Of a DNA stretch of 64,000 nt, positions 19,917-28,924 are shown one piece after another. Position numbers and translations under genes: made by a program. The notes under the pieces are model-generated. The model was not told the DNA's origin, did no database searches, and saw nothing but the letters and a program-made list of their open reading frames with translations. This DNA comes from Bacilli bacterium (lineage in GTDB: Bacteria > Bacillota_I > Bacilli_A > RFN20 > CAG-826), in NCBI GenBank assembly GCA_045226015.1, contig JBGVBY010000021.1, positions 17,485 to 81,484 on the forward strand. The letters are read 5' to 3'. The first letter of the stretch is position 1, and each line of letters opens with the position of its first letter.

Positions 19917-20776
19917 TGACTTACCGTGAAAAATATTTTGAACTAGAAAAAAATAAGAACAAATATTTAAACCTTAATGTGATAAAACTGCTATTAGAAG
20001 ACGATGGCGGTTTTTCTGATTTTTTTAACCTCATTAAACATTTTGATGAAGAAATTAAAGATGAAGAAAGACTAAATCAAAACATTGATAGAGTTAACTC
20101 TGGAGAACCAATTCAATATGTTCTTGGATATGCTTATTTCATCAATTCAAATTATAAAGTTAATAATGATGTTTTAATACCAAGGCAAGAGACAGAAGAG
20201 CTCGCTGTTGGAACACTAAAAATGATTGTTAAAATGTTTGGCAAAGAGCCAAATATTAAGATTGTAGATATAGGAACTGGTTCCGGAATTCTTGGAATAT
20301 ACCTTAAAGAATATTTCGACAAATCTACTGTGATTTGCACTGATATTAGTGAAAATTCCTTAAAAATTGCTAAAGAAAATTCTGAATTACATAATGTCAA
20401 AATTGATTTAAGACAAGGCGATATGTTAGAGCCAATTAAAGATGAATCAGATATTTCAGTAATCATCAGCAACCCTCCTTATATACTTAATAAAGAAACT
20501 GTAGATCCTCAAACACTTAAATACGAACCACATCTCGCATTATTTGCAAATCCAGTTGAAAAGTATTACCATAAAATTTTAAAAGCAATTGACCTAAACT
20601 TAATGTCAGACAGATTCTTGATTGCCTTTGAAATTGGAGAAAACATGGAAGAAGTGTTAACCCACTTATTAGAAAAAAACTATAAGGGAATTATGTATAA
20701 ATTTGAAAAAGATATTTACGGAAAAACAAGATTCTTATATATAGTTAAAGATGAAGGAATTTCATATGAAGCCTAA
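19916..20776 (+). CDS. prmC: Release factor glutamine N5-methyltransferase PrmC (HemK)
   Basis: VDIGTGSGILGI SAM motif and ISNPPY catalytic motif. Immediately after prfA. Confidence 0.9.
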   Translation: MTYREKYFELEKNKNKYLNLNVIKLLLEDDGGFSDFFNLIKHFDEEIKDEERLNQNIDRVNSGEPIQYVLGYAYFINSNYKVNNDVLIPRQETEELAVGTLKMIVKMFGKEPNIKIVDIGTGSGILGIYLKEYFDKSTVICTDISENSLKIAKENSELHNVKIDLRQGDMLEPIKDESDISVIISNPPYILNKETVDPQTLKYEPHLALFANPVEKYYHKILKAIDLNLMSDRFLIAFEIGENMEEVLTHLLEKNYKGIMYKFEKDIYGKTRFLYIVKDEGISYEA

Positions 20777-21362
20777 CTTTATAAAAGCAAAGGAAACATT
20801 AGATTCGTCTAAAGTAATTGCCTTCCCAACAGAAACAGTAATGGGCCTAGGCGTTTATTTTGATGATTTTAAAGCATATGAATTATTAAATTCCATTAAG
20901 AGAAGACCAGAAGACAAACCATACACCCTTATGTTAGGAGATACTAATAGTATTAAAAATTACGCATATGTAGATGATAGAGCAAAAAAGATCATTGACT
21001 CTTTTATGCCTGGCGAAATAACAATATTACTTCGTTCAAAGGAATCCGTTCCACATTATGTTACTCACGGAACAGGTATTATAGGGGTTAGAGTGCCGAA
21101 CAAATCTGATTTACTTGAGCTGCTTAACTTTGTTAAAAAACCTTTATTGGTACCGAGCGCTAATAGAAGTGGGGAAAAGCCTGCTATGAGTAGCGATGAA
21201 GTTAGAGAAATATTTAAAGATGAGGTATTTATAGCAATAGAAGGTAAAGCTATAGGAGGAGTACCATCAACTTTAGTTGACCTAACCGATAAAGAAGTTA
21301 AAATTTATAGAGAAGGCAATATAAAACTTAAAGATATTAAAAATGTCTTGGGAGAAAACTAA
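20766..21362 (+). CDS. tsaC: L-threonylcarbamoyladenylate synthase (YrdC/YwlC/Sua5 family)
   Basis: VIAFPTETVMGLGV...LLVPSANRSGEKPA YrdC-fold motifs. Conserved position after prmC. Confidence 0.85.
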   Translation: MKPNFIKAKETLDSSKVIAFPTETVMGLGVYFDDFKAYELLNSIKRRPEDKPYTLMLGDTNSIKNYAYVDDRAKKIIDSFMPGEITILLRSKESVPHYVTHGTGIIGVRVPNKSDLLELLNFVKKPLLVPSANRSGEKPAMSSDEVREIFKDEVFIAIEGKAIGGVPSTLVDLTDKEVKIYREGNIKLKDIKNVLGEN

Positions 21363-21363
21363 T

Positions 21364-21801
21364 ATGAAAATAGCAATCGGAAGCGATCACGGCGGTCTAG
21401 AATACAAAAACGCTATAAAAGAACACTTAAAAACAAAAGGATACACAGTAATTGATGTCGGCACTAATTCAAAAGATAGTTGCCACTATCCAATCTTTGG
21501 AGCCGAAGTAGCTAAAAAGGTATCTTCAAAAGAATGTGATTATGGTGTTGTTGTATGTACTTCTGGAGAAGGCATATCAATAGCAGCCAACAAAATTAAA
21601 GGTGTTAGATGCGGCATTGCTTATAACGATGATGTCGCTAGACTAATGAGACAACATAATAACGCCAATGTCATCTCCTTTGGACAAGCATTCATGTCTT
21701 TGGAAGATGTATTAAAACGAGTTGATATCTTCTTAAATACAGAGTTTGAAGGCGGAAGACATCAAACAAGAGTTGATCTTATCAGCGATTTAGAAAAATA
21801 A
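21364..21801 (+). CDS. rpiB: Ribose-5-phosphate isomerase B (RpiB/LacAB family)
   Basis: MKIAIGSDHGGLEYKNAIKEHLKTKGY...CGTSGEGISIAANK. The start ATG at 21364 has a GGAGA RBS; the track ORF starts 21 nt further upstream. Confidence 0.9.
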   Translation: MKIAIGSDHGGLEYKNAIKEHLKTKGYTVIDVGTNSKDSCHYPIFGAEVAKKVSSKECDYGVVVCTSGEGISIAANKIKGVRCGIAYNDDVARLMRQHNNANVISFGQAFMSLEDVLKRVDIFLNTEFEGGRHQTRVDLISDLEK

Positions 21802-21822
21802 TTAAGTTTTTAAAACTTAAAT

Positions 21823-21853
21823 AGTCCCAACTGGGACTTTTTTTATTTTTTTT
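21823..21853 (+). terminator. Rho-independent terminator after rpiB
   Basis: AGTCCCaactGGGACT stem followed by TTTTTTTATTTTTTTT. Preceded by a second perfect palindrome TTAAGTTTTTAAAACTTAA. Confidence 0.85.
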
Positions 21854-21879
21854 GAATAAAAAATCGAATTTTCTCACTA

Positions 21880-22175
21880 TTTAAATAGTAAGGAGATGTT
21901 TTAAACATTTGCTACAAAACAAACAGGAGGAAACATGATAAAAAGAAACCGAAACCGAAAAGCAATATTTGAAAGCAGATGTAAAAAGCCTTTATTGAAA
22001 GGAAAATTTTACCGAGTGTTAGACTCTACTAACAAGAATCATTCAAAAATAATAAATAAAAAATGAGCAAAAGAATTATCAGGCAGACTTATAGAGAACA
22101 ATAAAAAGGAATAGATAGTTTGGTTTTTGCCGTATGTGGTTCCTCAAAAACACGAAATCCATAACAAAAAGGAGA
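21880..22175 (+). pseudogene. Orphan degenerate copy A of the comFA 5' end (RBS + zinc-finger region + Walker-A region)
   Basis: Collinear nucleotide similarity to 23510-23810. ...taaggagatgtt... corresponds to aaaggagatgtt. agcagatgtaaaaagcctttattgaaagg corresponds to cgtagatgtatttcatttaaaggcg. gaattatcaggcagacttatagagaacaataaaaagg corresponds to gaattatcagacaagctagttgagaactataaaaaagg. atagatagtttggtttttgccgtatgtggttcc (IDSLVFAVCGS) corresponds to the comFA Walker A. Frame is broken by stops. The 44-aa ORF 21936-22070 is part of this fragment. Confidence 0.75.
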
Positions 22176-22179
22176 AAAT

Positions 22180-22521
22180 ATGAAAGATAAATTTAGATAC
22201 AACAAGAAAAGAAAACACTATTCATACATTTTTAAAATTAAAAATGGTTATTGCTCTAACATCTTACTTACAACCCAAACTGAATCTATTCATAAAAAAC
22301 ATGGACAAACAAAAATAGTGAGGAACATCAAATTGTATAGACATCCTAACTCTAGGAAAACTAGTGTAATCGTTTTTATTTATAATCACCCACCATACAT
22401 AGATGCAAAAGAGTCTTTTGATGATAAAAGGTTAGATTGGAAATGGGATATAAATGATAAACGCAATGTTAAGAGGCTTAAGAATTACAAGAAGTACAAA
22501 AAATATTTTGAAAAGAAATAA
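22180..22521 (+). CDS. Small basic hypothetical protein X1 (113 aa, Lys-rich C-terminus), paralog of X2
   Basis: AAAAGGAG RBS. Shares its start region (aaatccataacaaaaaggagRaaatATGAAA) and weak protein similarity with X2. No recognisable domain. Confidence 0.45.
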   Translation: MKDKFRYNKKRKHYSYIFKIKNGYCSNILLTTQTESIHKKHGQTKIVRNIKLYRHPNSRKTSVIVFIYNHPPYIDAKESFDDKRLDWKWDINDKRNVKRLKNYKKYKKYFEKK

Positions 22522-22584
22522 AAAAATCGGTGATGAACTCCAGCTAACGCCAGGTATATCTAACCGACATGAATATTTAATCAC

Positions 22585-22692
22585 ATGAAAGGTGGCGACG
22601 CAATATAGAAAACTATAAGAAGGGGGTAGACAGTTTAGTTTTTGTAGTGTGTGGTTCCCCAAAGACACTAAATCCATAACAAAAAGGAGGAA
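22585..22692 (+). pseudogene. Orphan degenerate copy B of the comFA 5' end (internally deleted)
   Basis: aaaggtggcgacgcaatatagaaaactataagaagggggtagacagtttagtttttgtagtgtgtggttcc matches comFA 23530-23560 joined to 23755-23795; the zinc-finger segment is deleted. Encodes ..VDSLVFVVCGS.. out of context. Confidence 0.7.
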
Positions 22693-22694
22693 AT

Positions 22695-23012
22695 ATGAAA
22701 AAGTTTAGAAGACATTTTAGGATTTATTTCAAAAACAACCATCCTGCATATATTGTTGATGAAGAAGGAAATACCTACGTATTTCATAGAGTAACCCATT
22801 CAAAAACATCAGGAGGTAGAAAGAACTGGATAATTAAAAAGAACCCCATCAAAGGTGATAATAAAACGATGAATATTGTTAAAAAAGAAGAAAGAGACAA
22901 AAAAGCCAGATTCAGTATGTTTGAAATTGAATTAAAAAATGGTGTAGATGTCTCATATCCAGACATAAAACTGACAAGGGAACTGTTAAAGAAAAAGAAA
23001 AACAAGGGCTAG
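22695..23012 (+). CDS. Small basic hypothetical protein X2 (105 aa), paralog of X1
   Basis: AAAAGGAGG RBS. MKKFRRHFRIYFKNNHPAYIVDEEGNTYVFHRVTHSKTSGG.. No recognisable domain. Lys-rich C-terminal tail. Confidence 0.45.
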   Translation: MKKFRRHFRIYFKNNHPAYIVDEEGNTYVFHRVTHSKTSGGRKNWIIKKNPIKGDNKTMNIVKKEERDKKARFSMFEIELKNGVDVSYPDIKLTRELLKKKKNKG

Positions 23013-23539
23013 CCTTGTTATTAGAGTTAAATATCTTTGCTTTTCATAACTCTATTCTTGAAAACCAAGTCGCAATATGCCAAGCATACCCTTGCTTGAC
23101 GCAAAGCACATATTACTTTTCACCAATTACATAGGGGTGATTTTGATGAACTGGACTCCTTTGACACACCTGTTATTTGCTGAAGGTGGAACTCTGTGGT
23201 CATTAGCCACTAGTTGCCTATTTCGATCGTGTCTGGTATCCGGAATTACGCATACAAGTCCTAACTTTGCACCCGGTAAATTATTCAGGGAGGTTTAGAC
23301 CATTGAATCAACGATTCATAATTGGCTGTTTAATTGAGTTTTAATCAAAACTAAGTATCAGCTTCCTTAGTACAGCTCAATTAATATAACAAACGTTTGA
23401 TAAAAATGAAACAAGAAATAAAAAAGTCCATTAAGGACTTAGTGCATCGGGCAGATCGAGCTGCCAATTGGTGCGCGGTTGTCTGAGCCTATTCAGCTCT
23501 GCGTACAACTTGTGAATATATTAAATCAAAAGAAAGGAG

Positions 23540-24704
23540 ATGTTGCAATATAGAAACTTATAAATGTCCTGTTTGTGGCAATACAGATATTCATTCGATC
23601 GGAACGCTCAACGGCAAGCCTTATTGTCGTAGATGTATTTCATTTAAAGGCGAAGAGGTAGAACACAAACAATCTTATCCAAAGAAAGCACCTATACATC
23701 TTGAATATGAGTTATCACCTGAACAGAAAGAATTATCAGACAAGCTAGTTGAGAACTATAAAAAAGGTATAGATAGTTTAGTTTTTGCGGTGTGTGGTTC
23801 AGGAAAGACAGAGATAATACTCAAAGTCGTTCAATATGTACTTAATTGTGGAGAAAAAGTTGCGTTTGCGCTTCCAAGAAGAGATGTATGCATAGAAATA
23901 AATAATAGGTTAAAAGAAATTTTTATTAAAAATACAATTGCATGTGTATATGGAGGTCATACTAAAAGAAAAATTGCCGATATCGTTGTTTTAACAACAC
24001 ACCAATTATACCGTTATAAACGTTACTTCAATTTAATAATCTTAGATGAGATAGATGCGTTCCCTTTTAAAGATGATCCAGTATTAAATTCTATGTTTTT
24101 TGGAGCTTTAAACGGTCATTATATTATGATGAGTGCCACTCCTCCAAAAGAATTAATTAATTACTTTTCAAAAGAAGGAAAAGACATATTAAAACTAGAC
24201 ATTAGATTTCATAGACATCCTTTACCAGTCCCAAATATTAGATCAAATAATACTATCTTCTTATTTCTTATTCTATTAAAGGAATTAAGAAGATTTATCA
24301 AAGAGAAAAAACCAGTATTTATCTTTGCTCCAACAATAGAAGAATGTGAGAAATTGTATCGATATATATCACTATTTATCAGAGGAGGAAATTATGTACA
24401 TTCAAAACGAATTAATAGATCTGAAATCATAAATTCATTTAGACTTGGAGCATACAAATATTTAGTTACTACATCAGTATTAGAAAGGGGCGTAACAGTC
24501 AGAAATTTACAGGTAATTATCCACAAAAGTGACAGTTTTGTCTATGATTCTGGTACTTTGGTGCAAATTTCAGGAAGAGTGGGAAGAAAGAAAGATGCAC
24601 CAGAAGGAGAAGTAATTTTTCTAGCAAACAAAATAACAAAGGAGATGAGAGATGCAGTTAGTGAAATTGAAGACAAAAACAAATCATTGCAAGATGTGTT
24701 TTAA
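23540..24704 (+). CDS. comFA: Competence helicase ComFA (DEAD/DEAH-box, N-terminal zinc finger); start codon unresolved
   Basis: Conserved frame 23487-24704 encodes ..ETYKCPVCGNTDIH...GKPYCRRCISF (zinc finger), VFAVCGSGKTE (motif I), ILDEIDAFP (motif II, DEID) and TTSVLERGVT...QISGRVGR (motif VI). This frame has no in-frame ATG/GTG/TTG before GTG 23790. The ATG at 23540 (RBS AAAGGAG) is in the -1 frame and stops after 7 codons. Confidence 0.7.
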
Positions 24705-25317
24705 AGAGATAAATGACAACTCTTTTTACAACATAATTCACAAAGATAATTTACTATGTGAATCGTGTTTTTCAACTCTAAAGGCGAGGTTTATAAAATT
24801 CAAAATCAACAATATAGAAGCATTATCAATTTATGAATATGATGAAACAATCAAGAAACTGATTTATACATTCAAGGGATGTTACGACTATGAGTTAAAA
24901 GACATGTTCTTAAATCGATATAAAACATATCTAAAACTTAAATATTGGGGATATAGTCTAGTTACTATTCCTTCTAGTGATGTAGACGATCAAAAAAGAG
25001 GGTTCAATCACGTTAAAGAAATGTTCTCATTGCTTAAAATGAACAGACTAGAAGTATTAGAAAAATGTTCGCGGGAAAAACAATCATCAAAATGCAGTAA
25101 AGATAGGTTAAAAATTGATGAGATATTAATCTCTAAAAATATCGAACAAGTTAAAAATAAGAAAATCCTAATTGTAGATGATATTTATACGACTGGGGCA
25201 ACAATGTTTAAAGCAATACAACTAATAAAAAAGGGGTGTCCTAAAAAGATTAAGGTCTTAGTGGTAGCAAAGACTATTGAACTAGACAAACGAAATAACA
25301 AAAATGAACGTTCCTAA
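24652..25317 (+). CDS. comFC: ComFC (competence protein, phosphoribosyltransferase fold with N-terminal zinc finger)
   Basis: CKMCFKEI...CESCF zinc ribbon. PRTase motif KILIVDDIYTTGATM. Overlaps the comFA 3' end. Confidence 0.85.
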   Translation: MQLVKLKTKTNHCKMCFKEINDNSFYNIIHKDNLLCESCFSTLKARFIKFKINNIEALSIYEYDETIKKLIYTFKGCYDYELKDMFLNRYKTYLKLKYWGYSLVTIPSSDVDDQKRGFNHVKEMFSLLKMNRLEVLEKCSREKQSSKCSKDRLKIDEILISKNIEQVKNKKILIVDDIYTTGATMFKAIQLIKKGCPKKIKVLVVAKTIELDKRNNKNERS

Positions 25318-25420
25318 TATTTACCAAAATGTATTAGTCAAATCTAATACAAAAATGATATATTAGATAGCGAACGAAATTTGATTCTTTTATAAAAGAA
25401 AGAGAACGGAGGTATATTAA

Positions 25421-27820
25421 ATGGGTTTATTTGATAAAATCGCGATTAGTCGTTATTCAAAAATCGCTGATAAAGTTATTGCCCTTGAAGACAAAATGAA
25501 ATCTCTCTCTGATGAAGAGCTTAGAGGTAAAACAGAATACTTCAAAGAGCAATTAAGAGAAGGAAAAACCTTAGAAGATATTAAAGTGGAAGCATTCGCT
25601 GTTGCTAGAGAAGCTGCTAGAAGAACAATTGGCGAATTCCCTTATAAAGTACAAATCATCGGTTCATTAGCGTTACATTCTGGTGATGTCGCAGAAATGA
25701 AAACCGGTGAAGGTAAAACCTTAACTGCCACTATGGCGGTCTATTTAAACGCCCTTGCAGGTAAAGGTGTACACGTTGTTACTGTTAACGAATACTTGAG
25801 TGAACGTGACGCCAACTGGATGGGTCAAATCTATAGATTTTTAGGCTTAACTGTTGGAGTTAACTTAAGAAGTAAAACCACAAGTGAAAAAAGAGATGCA
25901 TATCTATGCGATATTACATACACAACTAACTCTGAGTTAGGTTTTGATTATCTTAGAGATAATATGGCGAGTTCAATGGACAATCGTGTCCTTAGAGGAC
26001 TTGATTTCTGTATCGTTGATGAAGCTGACTCAATTTTAATTGATGAATCTAGAACTCCACTTATTATTTCTGGTGGTGCTAGAGCAAGCGCATCTCAATA
26101 CACAGTTGCAGATAGATTTGTTAAAGCGTTAAAGAAAAACGAAGATTTTGAAATCGATGTTAAAGATAAAACAGTTAATTTAACTGATTCCGGTAACGCA
26201 AAAGCTGACAGAATGTTTGGTATTAAGAATCTTTATGATCCTGAATACGCTGATTTAGTTCATAGAATTCATAACGCTCTTAGAGCGAACTATATCATGG
26301 CGAGAGACGTCGACTACTTAGTCGATGCTGAAGGACAAATCCAAATCATCGACCAATTCACAGGTCGTGTTCTCCCAGGTAGAGAATGGTCTGATGGTTT
26401 ACATCAAGCTGTCCAAGCTAAAGAAAACGTTGAAATCAAACAAGAAACCATCACCATGGCGACAATCACATATCAGAACTTCTTCCGTCTTTATAAAAAG
26501 ATGGCAGGTATGACTGGTACCGCCAAAACTGAAGAAGAAGAATTCCGTAAAATTTATAACATGCGCGTAGTATGCGTACCAACCAATCGCCCAATCAAGC
26601 GTATTGACGCACTTGACTACGTTTATGCGCATAAAGGGCCTAAGCTTCAAGCTCTTATCAGAGAAGTAAAAGAAAGACATGAAAAAGGACAACCAATATT
26701 AATTGGTACTGTCTCAGTTGAATCTTCCGAAGAGATTTCTAAACTTCTTACCGAAAATGGTTTACCACACGAAATGTTGAACGCGAAAAACCACGCTAGA
26801 GAAGCAGAAATCATCAAAGATGCTGGTAAAAAAGGCGCTATTACCCTTGCTACCAACATGGCAGGCCGTGGTACCGATATTAAAATCGATGATGAAGTAC
26901 GAGCTTTAGGAGGTTTGTGTGTTTTCGGAACTGAAAGACATGAATCAAGACGTATTGATAATCAATTAAGAGGACGTTCTGGACGTCAAGGTGATCCAGG
27001 ATTCTCTCGTTTCTACGTTTCCTTTGATGATGAACTCTTAGTGAGATTCGCTGCTGATAATATGCGTAACTTCATCGAAAAGAATTTTGGTGACGAAGCT
27101 CTTGAAGCAAAAATGGTTACTAATGTTATCACAAGCGCACAAAAGAGAATCGAAGGTCAAAACTTTGATACTCGTAAATCACTTCTTGATTACGATGACG
27201 TTTTAGCAAAACAACGTCAAATTGTCTATGACAAACGTGACCGTATTATCGAAGGTAAAGATATCACTGATATCGTTGACGATATCTTTAAAACAACTGG
27301 AACATTCCTTGCTAATAAAGCTGTTCCAGAAGGAAATACAGACAAAATCATTTCTGGTGATCTTCTTGTTAAAGAAGTTGAACCAAGATTTTTACCAACT
27401 GGTTCATTAAAACCAGCGTTATATGACGAAGCATACGTTGATGACGTTGGACCAGATTTAGGTGAAGTCTTATATGATAGATACGCAGAAAGAAGAAAAG
27501 AATGGCCAGAAGAACTTCAAGGTCAAGTTGAAAGAAACTTCATCTTAAGATGTATTGACCAAAACTGGACAAAACATATCGATGCAATGGCAAGATTAAG
27601 AGAAGGTATTCACTTAAGAAGTTACGCTAACGTAAACCCACTTCAAGATTACGTTAACGAAGGCTATAAAATGTTCAGAGAATGTTTAGACATTGCTAGT
27701 GTTGATGCGGTTTTAAATTTACTTAATGTAAAGATTGAGAAAAAAGAACCAGAACCAGTAAAACCTGATGAATCAACAGTGGTTGATGTTCAACCAGAAG
27801 CAAAGAAAGAAGAAAAATAA
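25421..27820 (+). CDS. secA: Preprotein translocase ATPase SecA
   Basis: 799 aa. MGLFDKI.., AEMKTGEGKTLTA Walker A, DEADSILIDE, TNMAGRGTDIKI. No C-terminal zinc finger. Confidence 0.95.
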   Translation: MGLFDKIAISRYSKIADKVIALEDKMKSLSDEELRGKTEYFKEQLREGKTLEDIKVEAFAVAREAARRTIGEFPYKVQIIGSLALHSGDVAEMKTGEGKTLTATMAVYLNALAGKGVHVVTVNEYLSERDANWMGQIYRFLGLTVGVNLRSKTTSEKRDAYLCDITYTTNSELGFDYLRDNMASSMDNRVLRGLDFCIVDEADSILIDESRTPLIISGGARASASQYTVADRFVKALKKNEDFEIDVKDKTVNLTDSGNAKADRMFGIKNLYDPEYADLVHRIHNALRANYIMARDVDYLVDAEGQIQIIDQFTGRVLPGREWSDGLHQAVQAKENVEIKQETITMATITYQNFFRLYKKMAGMTGTAKTEEEEFRKIYNMRVVCVPTNRPIKRIDALDYVYAHKGPKLQALIREVKERHEKGQPILIGTVSVESSEEISKLLTENGLPHEMLNAKNHAREAEIIKDAGKKGAITLATNMAGRGTDIKIDDEVRALGGLCVFGTERHESRRIDNQLRGRSGRQGDPGFSRFYVSFDDELLVRFAADNMRNFIEKNFGDEALEAKMVTNVITSAQKRIEGQNFDTRKSLLDYDDVLAKQRQIVYDKRDRIIEGKDITDIVDDIFKTTGTFLANKAVPEGNTDKIISGDLLVKEVEPRFLPTGSLKPALYDEAYVDDVGPDLGEVLYDRYAERRKEWPEELQGQVERNFILRCIDQNWTKHIDAMARLREGIHLRSYANVNPLQDYVNEGYKMFRECLDIASVDAVLNLLNVKIEKKEPEPVKPDESTVVDVQPEAKKEEK

Positions 27821-28924
27821 TGAAAGACCTCGTTACTTTAAAGCAAGAACTTGGTGCTGTTGGTGAGAAAATCCATCAACTCGGGTCTTCTCTTTGACCT
27901 CGCTAAATTAGAAACAGAAATTACCAAACTTCAATCAATAAGCGAGCAAGAGAACTTTTGGAATGACCAAAAAAGCGCTCTTGAAGTAATTAACGAGCTC
28001 AATTCTAAAAAGAAAACATTTGAGACTTACAAAGATTTGTCTCAAGGAATAAACGATCTCCAAGAACTAATTGAAATTGGAGATGAATCATTACTAGAAT
28101 CATTAAATGATTCTTTTGATGAACTCAAAAAGAGAGTTAACGAATTTGAAGTTGATAGATTATTCACTGGAGAATTCGACAATCTTAACGCAATACTTGA
28201 AATACACCCAGGCGCAGGTGGCACAGAAGCACAGGACTGGGCGGATATGCTATATCGTATGTATGTCTTGTATGCGGAAACACACAAATTTAAGATGCAA
28301 CTCATCTCATACGAACCCGGAGAAGAAGCTGGTCTTAAATCTGTAACCATCAAAATCTCTGGCAAGCATGCATATGGACTTCTCAAAAGTGAAAAAGGTG
28401 TTCATAGACTTGTCAGGATTTCACCTTTTGACGCAAACAAAAGAAGACATACGTCTTTCGCCTCTGTAAACGTCATCCCTGAATTTTTAGACAATTCAAT
28501 TAATATTGAAATCAATGATTCAGATTTAAAAATTGATACATATCGTAGTGGTGGTGCTGGAGGGCAAAACGTCAACAAAGTTGAAACCGCTGTTAGAATT
28601 ACGCACCTTCCTACTGGAATTGTAGTTTCTTGTCAAATTGAAAGAAGCCAACTTTCTAATAAAGAAACCGCTATGGCGATGCTTAAAAGCAAACTTTACT
28701 TACTAGAAGTTGAAAAGAGAAATAATGAACTTAACTCCATTGTTGGAGAAAAGAAAAACATTGAGTGGGGCAGTCAAATAAGATCATACGTTTTCTGCCC
28801 ATACACTCTAGTGAAAGATAATAGAACATCATATGAAGATGTTGATGTTGAAGGAGTTATGAACGGAAATATAGATAACTTCTTATACGCTTATTTACAA
28901 ATGGAGGCCAAAAACAATGGATAA
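27820..28924 (+). CDS. prfB: Peptide chain release factor 2 with programmed +1 ribosomal frameshift
   Basis: ORF1 runs ATG 27820 to CTT-TGA at 27892-27897 (25 codons, [25 protein letters not shown]). The +1 frame continues DLAKLETEI... through [30 protein letters not shown] (GGQ) and SPF. The ATG overlaps the secA stop (TAATG). Confidence 0.9.
27889..27898 (+). promoter_or_regulatory. RF2 autoregulatory +1 frameshift site (CTT TGA C) with upstream GGG SD-like element
   Basis: cGGGtcttctCTTTGAC. Canonical CUU UGA C slippery/stop context with an internal Shine-Dalgarno-like GGG 6 nt upstream. Confidence 0.85.

Noticed and set aside
21936-22070. 44-aa ORF with AGGAGG RBS (MIKRNRNRKAIFESRCKKPLLKGKFYRVL...)
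   Set aside because: Nucleotide alignment shows it is the decayed zinc-finger region of comFA copy A (agcagatgtaaaaagcctttattgaaagg corresponds to cgtagatgtatttcatttaaaggcg), not an independent gene.
23040-23110. 11-nt identity (CAATATGCCAA) with the 3' region of B. subtilis tmRNA; possibility that 23013-23500 is an ssrA fragment or att site
   Set aside because: No tag-peptide reading frame, no GGTTCGAnTCC T-arm and no CCA end. The similarity does not extend beyond the 11-mer.
23077-23298. 73-aa ORF in the GC-richer segment
   Set aside because: No RBS, Cys/Leu-rich low-complexity translation and no protein-like periodicity. Treated as non-coding.
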